From assembly GCA_964600225.1 (NCBI GenBank), contig CAZRIT010000006.1:4132-65169 (forward strand): a stretch of DNA of 61,038 nt. The letters are read 5' to 3'. The stretch is from an uncultured Oscillospiraceae bacterium (GTDB lineage: Bacteria; Bacillota; Clostridia; Christensenellales; CAG-138). A program made the position numbers and the translations under genes. Shown here one piece after another: positions 31,349 to 40,099 of this stretch. The stretch's first letter is position 1. Every line of letters begins with the position of its first letter. The notes beneath the pieces were generated by a model that searched no databases, had not been told where the DNA came from, and saw only the letters and a list, made by a program, of their open reading frames with translations.

Positions 31349-31435
31349 AATGCTTGTATACTGCGGCCATCTTACAAAATATGCCCGCACAAACTTCGGT
31401 TGCCCGCCGCGGGAATTTGTGATATCCTGTCAGGC

Positions 31436-32191
31436 ATGAAACGCGTATTGGGCTGCATCCGCAGGGCGGACGAGCGGTATCAAATGATACAGTCGGGCGA
31501 TAACGTGCTCATCGGCGTATCGGGCGGCAAGGATTCGCTGCTGCTGATGGAGGCCATGACCCTCTATCGGCGGTTTTCCTATACCGATTTCAACGTGCGC
31601 GCGGTGATGCTGGATTTGGGGCTCAAGCAGCACGATTTTTCCAAGCTGTACGCGTTTGCCGAGCGCATCGGCATCGAGTTTGAGGTGTCGCATACCGATA
31701 TCGGCAAGGTGGTGTTCGAGTGGCGGGAGGAACGCAGCCCCTGCGCGCTGTGCGCCAAGCTGCGCCGCGGCGCGCTCAACACCTATGCCGTGGAGCACGG
31801 CTGCAACAAGGTGGCGCTGGGCCATAACCGCGAGGACGTGATTGAAACGTTCTTTATGAGCCTATTGTACGAGGGCCGCATCAACACCTTTGCGCCCGTT
31901 ACCTACCTGTCGCGCCGAGACGTTACGGTCATTCGCCCGCTCGTGTTCCTGCCCGAAAAGTACGCGCTGGGCGTGGCGCGTGCGCGCGAGCTGCCCATCC
32001 TGCCGCCCAATTGCGATGTGGCGGGGCATACCAAGCGCGAGGAGGCCAAGGACCTCATCAAGCACTTGCGTACGCTCTCGCCCGATTTTGAGGAGAAATT
32101 CATGCATGCGCTCATGACCACCGAGACCTACGGCCTGTGGGACCGCATGCGATTAAAACCAACCGAACCGAAGGGAGATGGACTGTCATGA
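31436..32191 (+). CDS. ttcA: PP-loop ATPase, TtcA-like tRNA 2-thiocytidine synthetase
   Basis: SGGKDS PP-loop, SPCALCAKLRRG CxxC motif and HNREDVIETFFMSL. Confidence 0.8.
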   Translation: MKRVLGCIRRADERYQMIQSGDNVLIGVSGGKDSLLLMEAMTLYRRFSYTDFNVRAVMLDLGLKQHDFSKLYAFAERIGIEFEVSHTDIGKVVFEWREERSPCALCAKLRRGALNTYAVEHGCNKVALGHNREDVIETFFMSLLYEGRINTFAPVTYLSRRDVTVIRPLVFLPEKYALGVARARELPILPPNCDVAGHTKREEAKDLIKHLRTLSPDFEEKFMHALMTTETYGLWDRMRLKPTEPKGDGLS

Positions 32192-32742
32192 ACACGCGCG
32201 AACAGGCGCTGGAACTGCTCAAAACCTACAACCAATCCGATGCGCTCATCAAGCATGCCTATGCCGTGGAGGGCGTTATGCGCCACTTTGCCAAGGCCAT
32301 GGGCGAGGACGAGGAGTACTGGGGCCAGGTGGGGCTGCTGCACGATATCGATTACGAGCGCTGGCCCGACCAACACCTGCAAATTGCGCCCAGGCTGCTT
32401 GCCGACGCGGGCTATGACGAGGCGTTCATCCACGCCGTCGCCTCCCATGGCTGGGGCCTGTGCAGCGATGTCAAGCCCGAACTGCGCATGGAGATGGTCA
32501 TCTATACCATCGATGAACTCACGGGCCTCATCACCGCAAACGCCCTCATGCGCCCGTCGAAAAGCGTGATGGATATGGAGGTCAAAAGCGCCAAAAAGAA
32601 GTTTAAAGACAAGGGCTTTGCCGCGGGCGTCAACCGCGACGTCATCCAAAATGGCTGCGACATGCTCGGCATGAGCCTGGACGAGGTCATCGGCATGACC
32701 ATCGACGGCATGCGCGAGGTGCACGACCTGCTTTCTCTTTAA
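32188..32742 (+). CDS. HD/HDIG-domain metal-dependent phosphohydrolase
   Basis: Start MNTREQ overlaps the ttcA stop (ATGA). HAYAVEG...LLHDIDYE motif. Confidence 0.75.
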   Translation: MNTREQALELLKTYNQSDALIKHAYAVEGVMRHFAKAMGEDEEYWGQVGLLHDIDYERWPDQHLQIAPRLLADAGYDEAFIHAVASHGWGLCSDVKPELRMEMVIYTIDELTGLITANALMRPSKSVMDMEVKSAKKKFKDKGFAAGVNRDVIQNGCDMLGMSLDEVIGMTIDGMREVHDLLSL

Positions 32743-32966
32743 AAGAGAAAGCAGGCAAAGAGAAATTCACACAACAGATTAAAAAACATCTTGTGCGGAT
32801 AAACGAAATCCTGCCGCAAGATGTTTTTTCTTTTTGGATGTTTCTTTTGTTCCTTTTCTTTACAAAGAAAAGGAGAGACGTTTCTTTTGCTACGCTTCCT
32901 TTACGGACGACACAAAGGCAGTATGGGACGTTTCTTTTGCTACTTTTCTTTTTCAAAGAAAAGTAG
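32728..32966. repeat. Array of family 2 palindromes plus a 17 nt direct repeat
   Basis: Palindromes at 32728..32754, 32852..32873 and 32940..32966. The direct repeat GACGTTTCTTTTGCTAC occurs at 32877..32893 and 32927..32943. Confidence 0.65.
32781..32829. terminator. Bidirectional intrinsic terminator
   Basis: AAAAAACATCTTG..CGG / CCGCAAGATGTTTTTT arms with an A-run on one side and a T-run on the other. Confidence 0.55.
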
Positions 32967-33069
32967 AGTAGGACGGGCGTCGACACACATATACATAAAC
33001 ATTCCGAATCTATCGGTATGTTTTTTGATGCATGCGGTCAAACTGAGAAATAAAACCAATATATGAGAG

Positions 33070-33945
33070 GTGAAAACCGTGACACGACAAAAAAGCAAGC
33101 GATCGCGCGCGGGCTGGAGCGGCGCGGAGACAGAGCGCCTGTTCGAGCTGGCGAAGGCGGCGCAAACGGGCGGGCAGCCGCTCAAAAGCGTGTTCGACGC
33201 ACTGGCAGCGGAAACGGGGCGCAAGCCCAACAGCGTGCGCAACTACTACTATGCGTGCGTGCGCGACGGCAGCAAGAGCTATGCGCACCGCAGGGCGTTC
33301 CTGCCGTTTACGGAGGAGGAAGCGGCAGAGCTGATGGAGCAGGTGCTCAGCGCGAAGGCGCAGGGCGAATCGGTGCGTAGCTGCACGCTGCGGCTGGCAA
33401 ACGGCAACGACAAGGAGATGCTCCGATACCAGAACAAGTACCGCGCCATGCTCAAAAACAGGCCCGAGCTGGTCAGGCGGATTGTGGACGACATGCAGGC
33501 CCAAGGCAAGAGCACGGTGGACCCGTACAGGGAGACGCTCGGCAAGCGCCGCGTGGGCAGGCCGCAAAAGAGCAGCCGGCACACGGATGAAATCTATCGG
33601 CAGGTGCTAAGCGCCCTGGAACAGGTGGAGGGGCTGGATGTGCACGCGCTGCTGGAGGCGCTGGGGCGGCTGGCGGTCAGCGCGGCGCGCGGGGCGCAGC
33701 ATACGGACGTGGGCGCGCAGGCGCTCAGGCAGGAGAACGAGGCGCTGGCTGTGCGGCTGTCGCACGCCGACGAACGGTATCGGCAGCTATTGCAAAACTT
33801 TACGCAGCTGATACGCATCAACAGCGAGTTTTTATCGCTCAACTCCGTGGTCAAGGTGAGCAACCTCTCGGGCTACATTCGGGAGCTGGAGAACAACGTC
33901 AAATCCTGCGAGCTGCTCATGCCGCAGACGGCGGAAGGGCAGTAA
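33070..33945 (+). CDS. Myb/SANT-like DNA-binding protein with a coiled-coil C-terminus (RsfA-like, tentative)
   Basis: GTG start. RAGWSGAETERLFELA...GRKPNSVRNYYYACVR resembles the RsfA/Myb repeat pattern. The C-terminal half is heptad-rich. Confidence 0.45.
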   Translation: MKTVTRQKSKRSRAGWSGAETERLFELAKAAQTGGQPLKSVFDALAAETGRKPNSVRNYYYACVRDGSKSYAHRRAFLPFTEEEAAELMEQVLSAKAQGESVRSCTLRLANGNDKEMLRYQNKYRAMLKNRPELVRRIVDDMQAQGKSTVDPYRETLGKRRVGRPQKSSRHTDEIYRQVLSALEQVEGLDVHALLEALGRLAVSAARGAQHTDVGAQALRQENEALAVRLSHADERYRQLLQNFTQLIRINSEFLSLNSVVKVSNLSGYIRELENNVKSCELLMPQTAEGQ

Positions 33946-33979
33946 CGCACGCTGGGCACAAACTGCCGTTATGCCGCCG

Positions 33980-35395
33980 CTAACGGAGGGTTTCGAGCTT
34001 AATCAGGTCGGTGCTGCCCGATTCGTTGCTGCTCGAACCGCCCGTGATGACAATGGTATCGCCGCTGTGAAGCTGCATGGCCTGCTTGGCGGCGGCAGCA
34101 GCGTGGTAGAACAGCACGTCGGTGGAGCGGAACTCCTCGCTCAGCCATGGCGTAACGGCCCAGGAAAGGGACAGCTTCATCCACACGCGCTTGTCGGTGG
34201 TCATGCCCACAATGCGGATGGGCGAACGGAAGCGGGATACCATGCGCGCCGTTCGCCCGCTGCGCGTGCAGACCACGATGGCGGCCACGTTGAGATCCAC
34301 CGCCACGCCGCAGGTGGCGTGGGAGAGCGCGTCCATGGGATTGTGGATGATAAAATCGGTGTTTTTGAACCGCTTGGCGTAATCGATGTTGTTTTCGGTG
34401 GTTTCGGCAATGCGGCTCATGGTGCGCACGGCCTCCACGGGGTACTTGCCCGCGGCGGTCTCGCCCGATAGCATCAGCGCGCTGGTGCCGTCGTACACGG
34501 CGTTGGCCACATCGGAAATCTCCGCGCGCGTCGGGCGCGGGTTGGTGGTCATGGATTCGAGCATTTCGGTGGCGGTGATGGCGCGTTTGCCGATCATGCG
34601 GCAGGTTTTGAGCAGGTATTTCTGGATGGCGGGCAGCTCCTCGTAGGGAATCTCCACGCCCATGTCGCCGCGCGCGATCATGATGCCGTCGCTTTCGGCA
34701 ATGATGGCCTTGATGTTGTCCACGCCCGATTGGTTTTCGATCTTGGCGATCAAATCGATATCGTCGGAGCCGTGTTCGTGCAAAAAGCGGCGGATATCCA
34801 GCAGGTTGTCGGGCGTGGAAACGAACGAGCAGGCGATAAAATCCACCTCCTGTTCGATGGCAAACAGCAGGTCGGCCTTGTCGTGATCGCTCAAATACGG
34901 GCGGGAAAACACCTTGCCCGGGAAGCTCATGCTCTTGCGGTCGGAGATCACGCCGCCGCAGTCCACGCGGCAATTTAGGCTCGTCTTCGTCTTTTCGACG
35001 ACCGTAAAGCGCAGCAGGCCGTTGTTGACCGATATCTGCGCGCCCACGTCCAGCTCGTCGATCATTTGCGGATAGGAGACCGAAACGCGGGTGGCGTCGC
35101 CAACCACCGTTTCGGACGTAAAGGAAAAGGTCGCCCCGTCGGCCAGCGCGGCCTTGCCCTTGGAAAACGTGCCCACGCGGTATTCGGGCCCCTTGGTATC
35201 GAGCATGATGGCAATGGGCAGGCCGAGCTTTTCCCGCACGGCCTTGATGCGGTCCATGGTCAGCTTGTGCGCCTCGTGCGTGCCGTGGGACATGTTGCAG
35301 CGCGCCACGTTCATGCCCGCAAGGGCCATCTCGGTCAGGGTCTGTTCGTTATCGCAGGCAGGGCCCACGGTGCAGATGATTTTTGTACGTTTCAT
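33980..35395 (-). CDS. pyk: Pyruvate kinase
   Basis: Start MKRTKIICTVGPA at 35395, with MNVARCNMSHG and MIARGDMGVEIP. Confidence 0.95.
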   Translation of the reverse strand: MKRTKIICTVGPACDNEQTLTEMALAGMNVARCNMSHGTHEAHKLTMDRIKAVREKLGLPIAIMLDTKGPEYRVGTFSKGKAALADGATFSFTSETVVGDATRVSVSYPQMIDELDVGAQISVNNGLLRFTVVEKTKTSLNCRVDCGGVISDRKSMSFPGKVFSRPYLSDHDKADLLFAIEQEVDFIACSFVSTPDNLLDIRRFLHEHGSDDIDLIAKIENQSGVDNIKAIIAESDGIMIARGDMGVEIPYEELPAIQKYLLKTCRMIGKRAITATEMLESMTTNPRPTRAEISDVANAVYDGTSALMLSGETAAGKYPVEAVRTMSRIAETTENNIDYAKRFKNTDFIIHNPMDALSHATCGVAVDLNVAAIVVCTRSGRTARMVSRFRSPIRIVGMTTDKRVWMKLSLSWAVTPWLSEEFRSTDVLFYHAAAAAKQAMQLHSGDTIVITGGSSSNESGSTDLIKLETLR

Positions 35396-35499
35396 ATCGG
35401 GTCGCTCCTCTCGCCGCAAAATCGGCAAACATGGCATATCACCATTTTATACCAAGCATCGAACGGAAACAACACGGGATTTTTGCACGAAAACTATCG

Positions 35500-35528
35500 T
35501 TGCCGCCAAAAGCGAACGATGCTATACT
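35500..35528 (+). promoter_or_regulatory. Predicted promoter of the methyltransferase-RluA-tcdA block (-35 TTGCCG, 17 nt, -10 TATACT)
   Basis: Hexamers read directly, about 40 nt upstream of the ATG at 35567. Confidence 0.35.
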
Positions 35529-35566
35529 TTCCTTAGCGGCCGCGCCGCCGAGGGAGGAGAATGCGC

Positions 35567-36418
35567 ATGTATGTAAGCAGCGCCTGGAAGGACTTTGCCG
35601 TGCTCGACGCGGGCAACGGCATGAAGCTGGAACGCTGGAAGGACGTGACGCTGCTGCGCCCTGATCCGCTGGCCGTGTGGCCCATGGGCGAGCAGCGCGC
35701 CGACGCCGTCTACAACCGTTCCAACAAGGGCGGCGGCAACTGGACCTACAACCGCGCGCTTCCCGAGAGCTGGCGCGTCGGCTACGGCGACCTGACGTTC
35801 ATCGTACGGCCCACGGGCTTTAAGCATACGGGGCTGTTCCCCGAGCAGGCGGTCAACTGGGACTGGATGCGCGAACGATTGGACGATTGGCAGCGGCAGT
35901 ACCGCAGGCAGCCCAAGGTGCTCAACCTCTTTGCGTATACGGGCGGCGCCACGCTGGCGTGCGCGCGCGCGGGCGCGGCGGTGACGCATGTGGACGCGGC
36001 CAAGGGCATGGTGCAGTGGGCCAAGGACAACGCCTCGGCCAACGGGCTCTCGGGCGCGCCCATCCGCTACATTGTGGATGACTGCATCAAGTTTGTCAAA
36101 AGGGAGCTGCGCCGCGGCAGCCGCTACGAGGGCATCGTCATGGACCCGCCAAGCTACGGGCGCGGCCCGTCGGGCGAAACCTGGAAGCTGGAGAACGATC
36201 TGTACGCGCTGGTGAAGGACTGCGCAAGGCTGATCAGCCTCGATCCCGCGTTCTTTTTGATCAATTCCTATACCACAGGGCTGTCGGCAAGCGTGCTGGG
36301 CAACGTGTTGCGCGTGGCCATGCCCGAGGGCGCGGCCGAGGCCGATGAGGTGGGCCTGCCCATCCGCCGCGGCGGGCTGCTGCTGCCGTGCGGGGCCAGC
36401 GGCAGGTGGACGCCGTGA
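35567..36418 (+). CDS. Class I SAM-dependent methyltransferase, RlmI/RlmK-like RNA methyltransferase core
   Basis: NLFAYTGGATLACARAG SAM-binding motif and MDPPSYG motif IV. Confidence 0.75.
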   Translation: MYVSSAWKDFAVLDAGNGMKLERWKDVTLLRPDPLAVWPMGEQRADAVYNRSNKGGGNWTYNRALPESWRVGYGDLTFIVRPTGFKHTGLFPEQAVNWDWMRERLDDWQRQYRRQPKVLNLFAYTGGATLACARAGAAVTHVDAAKGMVQWAKDNASANGLSGAPIRYIVDDCIKFVKRELRRGSRYEGIVMDPPSYGRGPSGETWKLENDLYALVKDCARLISLDPAFFLINSYTTGLSASVLGNVLRVAMPEGAAEADEVGLPIRRGGLLLPCGASGRWTP

Positions 36419-37707
36419 GCGGTTTTGTCCCCCGCATACTGTACGAGGATAACCATCTGCTCGTCGTCGAAAAGCCCGTCAACATGCCCGTGCAGGCGGA
36501 CAGCTCGGGCGATGCGGATTTGTTGAACGCGCTGAAGGCCTATCTGCGGGAAGCGTATCATAAACCGGGCGAGGCGTACCTTGGGCTGGTGCACCGCCTC
36601 GATCGCCCCGTGGGCGGCGTGATGGTGTTTGCAAAAACCAGTAAGGCCGCCGCGCGGCTGACCGATCAGTTCCATGGTAACCGCGCCAACAAGCGCTATG
36701 CGGCGGTCGTTACGGGCGAGGCGGCCTCGGAGGCGACGCTGACCGATTGGCTGCTCAAGGACGAGGCCACGTTCTCCTCCGCCGTGGTGCCGCCCGAGAC
36801 GGCGGGCGCTAAGCGCGCCATGCTGCGCTACAGCCGTTTGGCGCGCGTTGACGGGCGCACGCTGCTGGATGTGGAGCTGTTTACGGGCAGACCGCACCAA
36901 ATCCGCGTGCAGTTGTCGCATGCGGGGCTGCCCATCGTCAACGACATGCGCTATAACCCCGCTGCGAGCAAGGGCGCGCAGATTGCGCTGTGGTCGTATG
37001 CGCTGACGCTGTTTCACCCGACGCTCAACGAGCGCATGACGTTTACCTGCCTGCCCGCGGACGCGGCGTTTCAGCCGTTTGCCGCGGCCGTTGCCATGCT
37101 GCCCGCGTGTTCGGTGTGCCGCGGGGTGTACATGGACGACGACATGCTCGTGGTGGATAAAAACGCGGGCGTGGAGAAGGAGGGCGACCTGACCGTGCAG
37201 CTACAGACGCTGTTTGGCGAGGCGTACCCCGTGCATCGGCTGGACGCCAACACGCTGGGGCTTTGCGTATTTGCAAGGAACGAGCGCGCAGCGGAGCGGT
37301 TGGAACAGCAGTTTCGCACGCATGCGTTGACAAAGATTTATCATGCCGTGGTGCTTGGGCACCCGCCTGCGGGCGACGGGCTGGTGCACTGGCTCAAAAA
37401 GGACGCCGACGCGGCCGTGGTGCGCGTGTGCGCCGAGGGCGCGGTGGGCGCAAAAAGGTGCGAATTGGCCTACCGCACCCTTGCCGCCGACGGCGAACGG
37501 ACGCTGCTGGAAATCAATCTGCTGACGGGCCGTACCCACCAGATCCGCGTGCAGATGGCGGCGGTGGGCTGCCCCGTGCTGGGCGACGATAAATACGGCG
37601 ACCGCGCGGCCAACAAGCGCTTCGGCGTCAAAACGCAGCAGCTGTTGTCCAAACGGCTGATCATCAACGGCCAAACGTTTGAAAGCCAACGGGAGCTCAG
37701 CCTATGA
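36415..37707 (+). CDS. Fusion of two complete RluA-family pseudouridine synthase domains
   Basis: Domain 1 has HRLDRPVGG (Asp codon at 36601) and TGRPHQIRVQL. Domain 2 has HRLDANTLG (Asp codon at 37243) and TGRTHQIRVQM. The frame is a single open one. A GTG at 36415 overlaps the upstream stop (GTGA), and an ATG at 36388 is an alternative. Confidence 0.8.
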   Translation: MSGFVPRILYEDNHLLVVEKPVNMPVQADSSGDADLLNALKAYLREAYHKPGEAYLGLVHRLDRPVGGVMVFAKTSKAAARLTDQFHGNRANKRYAAVVTGEAASEATLTDWLLKDEATFSSAVVPPETAGAKRAMLRYSRLARVDGRTLLDVELFTGRPHQIRVQLSHAGLPIVNDMRYNPAASKGAQIALWSYALTLFHPTLNERMTFTCLPADAAFQPFAAAVAMLPACSVCRGVYMDDDMLVVDKNAGVEKEGDLTVQLQTLFGEAYPVHRLDANTLGLCVFARNERAAERLEQQFRTHALTKIYHAVVLGHPPAGDGLVHWLKKDADAAVVRVCAEGAVGAKRCELAYRTLAADGERTLLEINLLTGRTHQIRVQMAAVGCPVLGDDKYGDRAANKRFGVKTQQLLSKRLIINGQTFESQRELSL

Positions 37708-38402
37708 ACCCCATGCAGGAACGCACCGTGCGGCTCGTTGGCGAGGCCAAGTTCGAGCGCTTGCAGCAGAGCCTTGTGACGGTGGTGGGCATCGGCGGCG
37801 TGGGCGGGCACTGCATCGAGGCGCTTGCGCGCGCGGGCGTCGGGCGGCTGCACATGGTCGATTATGATACGGTGGCGCCGAGCAACCTCAACCGCCAGCT
37901 TGTGGCCACCAAGGCGACCATTGGCATGAAGAAGACCGAGGCCATGCTTCGGCGCGTCCGGGCCGTTTCCGATTGCGCGGCGACCGTGGCCGATGTGTTT
38001 GTCAGCGACGATACCGTGCAGGACGCCGTGCCGCAGGGTACGGATTTTATCGTGGACGCGGTGGACTCCCTTGCGGGCAAGGTGGCGCTGGCGGCCTACG
38101 CCAATGAGCACGGCATCCCCATCGTCTCCTGCATGGGCGCGGGCAACCGCCTGGACCCGACGGGCTTTACCGTGATGGATCTCTTCGATACCAAGGATTG
38201 CCCGCTGGCGCGCAGGATGCGGCAGGCGCTCAGACGGCTGGGTATCCGAACGCTGCCTGTGGTGTGCTCCGTGGAAACGCCCGCCGTCAAGGCGACGGAT
38301 GGCGTCATCGGCAGCCTCGCGCCCGTTACGGCCGCGGCGGGGCTGTGCCTGGCGGGGTATGTGCTTAACCGATTGATGGAACATGCGGATTCGACAATGT
38401 AA
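37704..38402 (+). CDS. tcdA: ThiF/MoeB-fold tRNA threonylcarbamoyladenosine dehydratase
   Basis: VVGIGGVGGHCIEALARAG Rossmann motif, MVDYDTVAPSNLNRQ, 232 aa. Confidence 0.8.
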   Translation: MNPMQERTVRLVGEAKFERLQQSLVTVVGIGGVGGHCIEALARAGVGRLHMVDYDTVAPSNLNRQLVATKATIGMKKTEAMLRRVRAVSDCAATVADVFVSDDTVQDAVPQGTDFIVDAVDSLAGKVALAAYANEHGIPIVSCMGAGNRLDPTGFTVMDLFDTKDCPLARRMRQALRRLGIRTLPVVCSVETPAVKATDGVIGSLAPVTAAAGLCLAGYVLNRLMEHADSTM

Positions 38403-38441
38403 ATCCCGCGCCTGAAAAAACGGCCGACAGCAAGCGCTTCC

Positions 38442-38477
38442 GCCCCGCTTTTCCGCTCGGAAAACGGGGCTTTTCTT
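38442..38477 (+). terminator. Intrinsic terminator after tcdA
   Basis: CCCCG(C)TTTTCC-gctc-GGAAAACGGGG followed by CTTTTCTT. Confidence 0.65.
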
Positions 38478-38730
38478 GTGCATTCTTTAGAGAGCCGTCC
38501 GATCGATTGCCCATTTGGAAAACAAGATATTGTATACTACCCGATAAACAGCCACAACATCTATCGGTTCGCGCGCAAAAATTAGCGAACGCTGGTGTTT
38601 CCAAACGGTTCACCAAACTTCGCGTTCACCTCGACAAAAGCCGTCCGATTCCACCCCTACCCACGCGGTGAAAGCACATGTACAATCGTAACTGCAGTTT
38701 GAAAGCAGATCGAAAAATGAGGGGGTAACA

Positions 38731-39516
38731 ATGATGTCCGGGTTTCGTGTACTGGTTGTGGATGACAATGTCAGCTTTTGTGAATCGCTTCGCGGGTACT
38801 TCACCGCTGAGGAAAAGATTGCCGCGGTGGATACGGCGTTTGATGGCAGGGACGCCTTGGACAAGCTCAAGGCGAACAAGTACGATATCCTGCTGTTGGA
38901 TTTGATCATGCCGCATGTGGACGGGCTTGGGGTGCTGGAGCAGATGAAGCACGTCTGCCCCGATGCGCCGCCCGCGGTGATTGTGGTATCGGCCATGCGC
39001 AACGAATCCATGGTGCGCCGCTGCTGTGCGCTGGGCGCGCGGTATTTCATGGTCAAGCCCGTGGAGGCGGATGCGCTGCTCAAGCGTGCCCTGGAAATGG
39101 TGCAGACCGAAAACACGACGGGCGGGCTGGTCAACTACGCGCAGCCGCCGCGCTCGCTGGATGAAAAGATTACGTCGGTGTTCCTGGTGGCGGGCATTCC
39201 CGCGCATATCAAGGGGTATCACTACCTGCGCGAGGGCATCCGCATGGTGTATTACAACCCCGCGCTCATCAACCGCATCACCAAGGAGCTGTACCCGGGC
39301 ATTGCCAAAAGGTTTGGCACGTCGGCCAGCAAGGTGGAGCGCGCCATCCGCCATGCCATCGAGGTGGCGTGGACGCGCGGCAAGATTGAAAACCTCAACG
39401 CGCTGTTTGGGTACAATGTGTACGGCAAAAACGACAAGCCCACCAACGGGGAATTCATCGCACTGGTGGCGGACAAGCTTTTGATGGAGGAACAGGCGCG
39501 CGAAAAGGCCGTCTGA
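38731..39516 (+). CDS. spo0A: Sporulation master response regulator Spo0A
   Basis: Receiver domain ([17 protein letters not shown]) plus the Spo0A-specific C-terminal domain ([39 protein letters not shown]). Confidence 0.95.
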   Translation: MMSGFRVLVVDDNVSFCESLRGYFTAEEKIAAVDTAFDGRDALDKLKANKYDILLLDLIMPHVDGLGVLEQMKHVCPDAPPAVIVVSAMRNESMVRRCCALGARYFMVKPVEADALLKRALEMVQTENTTGGLVNYAQPPRSLDEKITSVFLVAGIPAHIKGYHYLREGIRMVYYNPALINRITKELYPGIAKRFGTSASKVERAIRHAIEVAWTRGKIENLNALFGYNVYGKNDKPTNGEFIALVADKLLMEEQAREKAV

Positions 39517-39822
39517 CGATATGCCCGTCCGTTGGCACGGTTGGTTCCCGCTCGCAACGGCAACATTGCTTAACGGCCCTCGGACGGGCAAAAACACCCT
39601 TGCGCCGTGCATCGGCGCACGCGCTTTGCAGCTTCCCTCCCACGGCCTGCAAGGCAATCCCCCGGATGCGTATGGCGGCGCTGAGCCCATCGGAAAACCG
39701 ATTCCGATGCAAGCGCCGCCGCATCGAACCGCCGCGATCGTGCATGCAAACAAGCGGTATGCGTGCATGAGGGATGTTTGAAATTGTGGCAATATACGTC
39801 ATGTTCAGACAATCGAAACAAT

Positions 39823-39888
39823 TTATACACATCCAAAAAGCCCAAAAATGCCCGATACTGTGGACAACACGGTGGATAATGTGGATAA
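39823..39888. promoter_or_regulatory. DnaA-box cluster outside oriC
   Basis: TTATACACA at 39823..39831. On the plus strand, TGTGGACAA at 39859..39867, GGTGGATAA at 39871..39879 and TGTGGATAA at 39880..39888 (perfect). The last three are co-oriented within 30 bp. Confidence 0.6.
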
Positions 39889-40099
39889 AACGGACCAAAA
39901 GCCAACCCAAAATCATCCTGCATACGATGCATAATTAAACGCGAACGCTCGTTTGGCGTGCTTTGGCGTATGCAAAAATGCGCTGCAAACACGGTGGGCG
40001 CATAGAAAAAAGGAAGTGGCGCGGCTGCCCCGCACGCTGTTCAAGCGCGGGTCGATATGATAAAATGACGGTATCATAGATCGATGCGGAGGGGACGAC

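Noticed and set aside
34342-34350. Isolated one-mismatch DnaA boxes inside coding regions (TGTGGATGA at 34342 in pyk and at 36072 in the methyltransferase gene)
   Set aside because: These are single copies inside conserved coding sequence and are consistent with chance.
39801-39935. 44 aa basic ORF spanning the DnaA-box cluster, considered as a possible Sda-like checkpoint peptide
   Set aside because: It has no RBS, no similarity to Sda by eye, and a sequence dominated by the boxes themselves.
39455-39992. Minus-strand ORFs of 153 and 140 aa in the spo0A-thpR gap
   Set aside because: They are Arg/Cys/His-rich with no motifs, overlap the spo0A 3' end or each other, and look non-coding.
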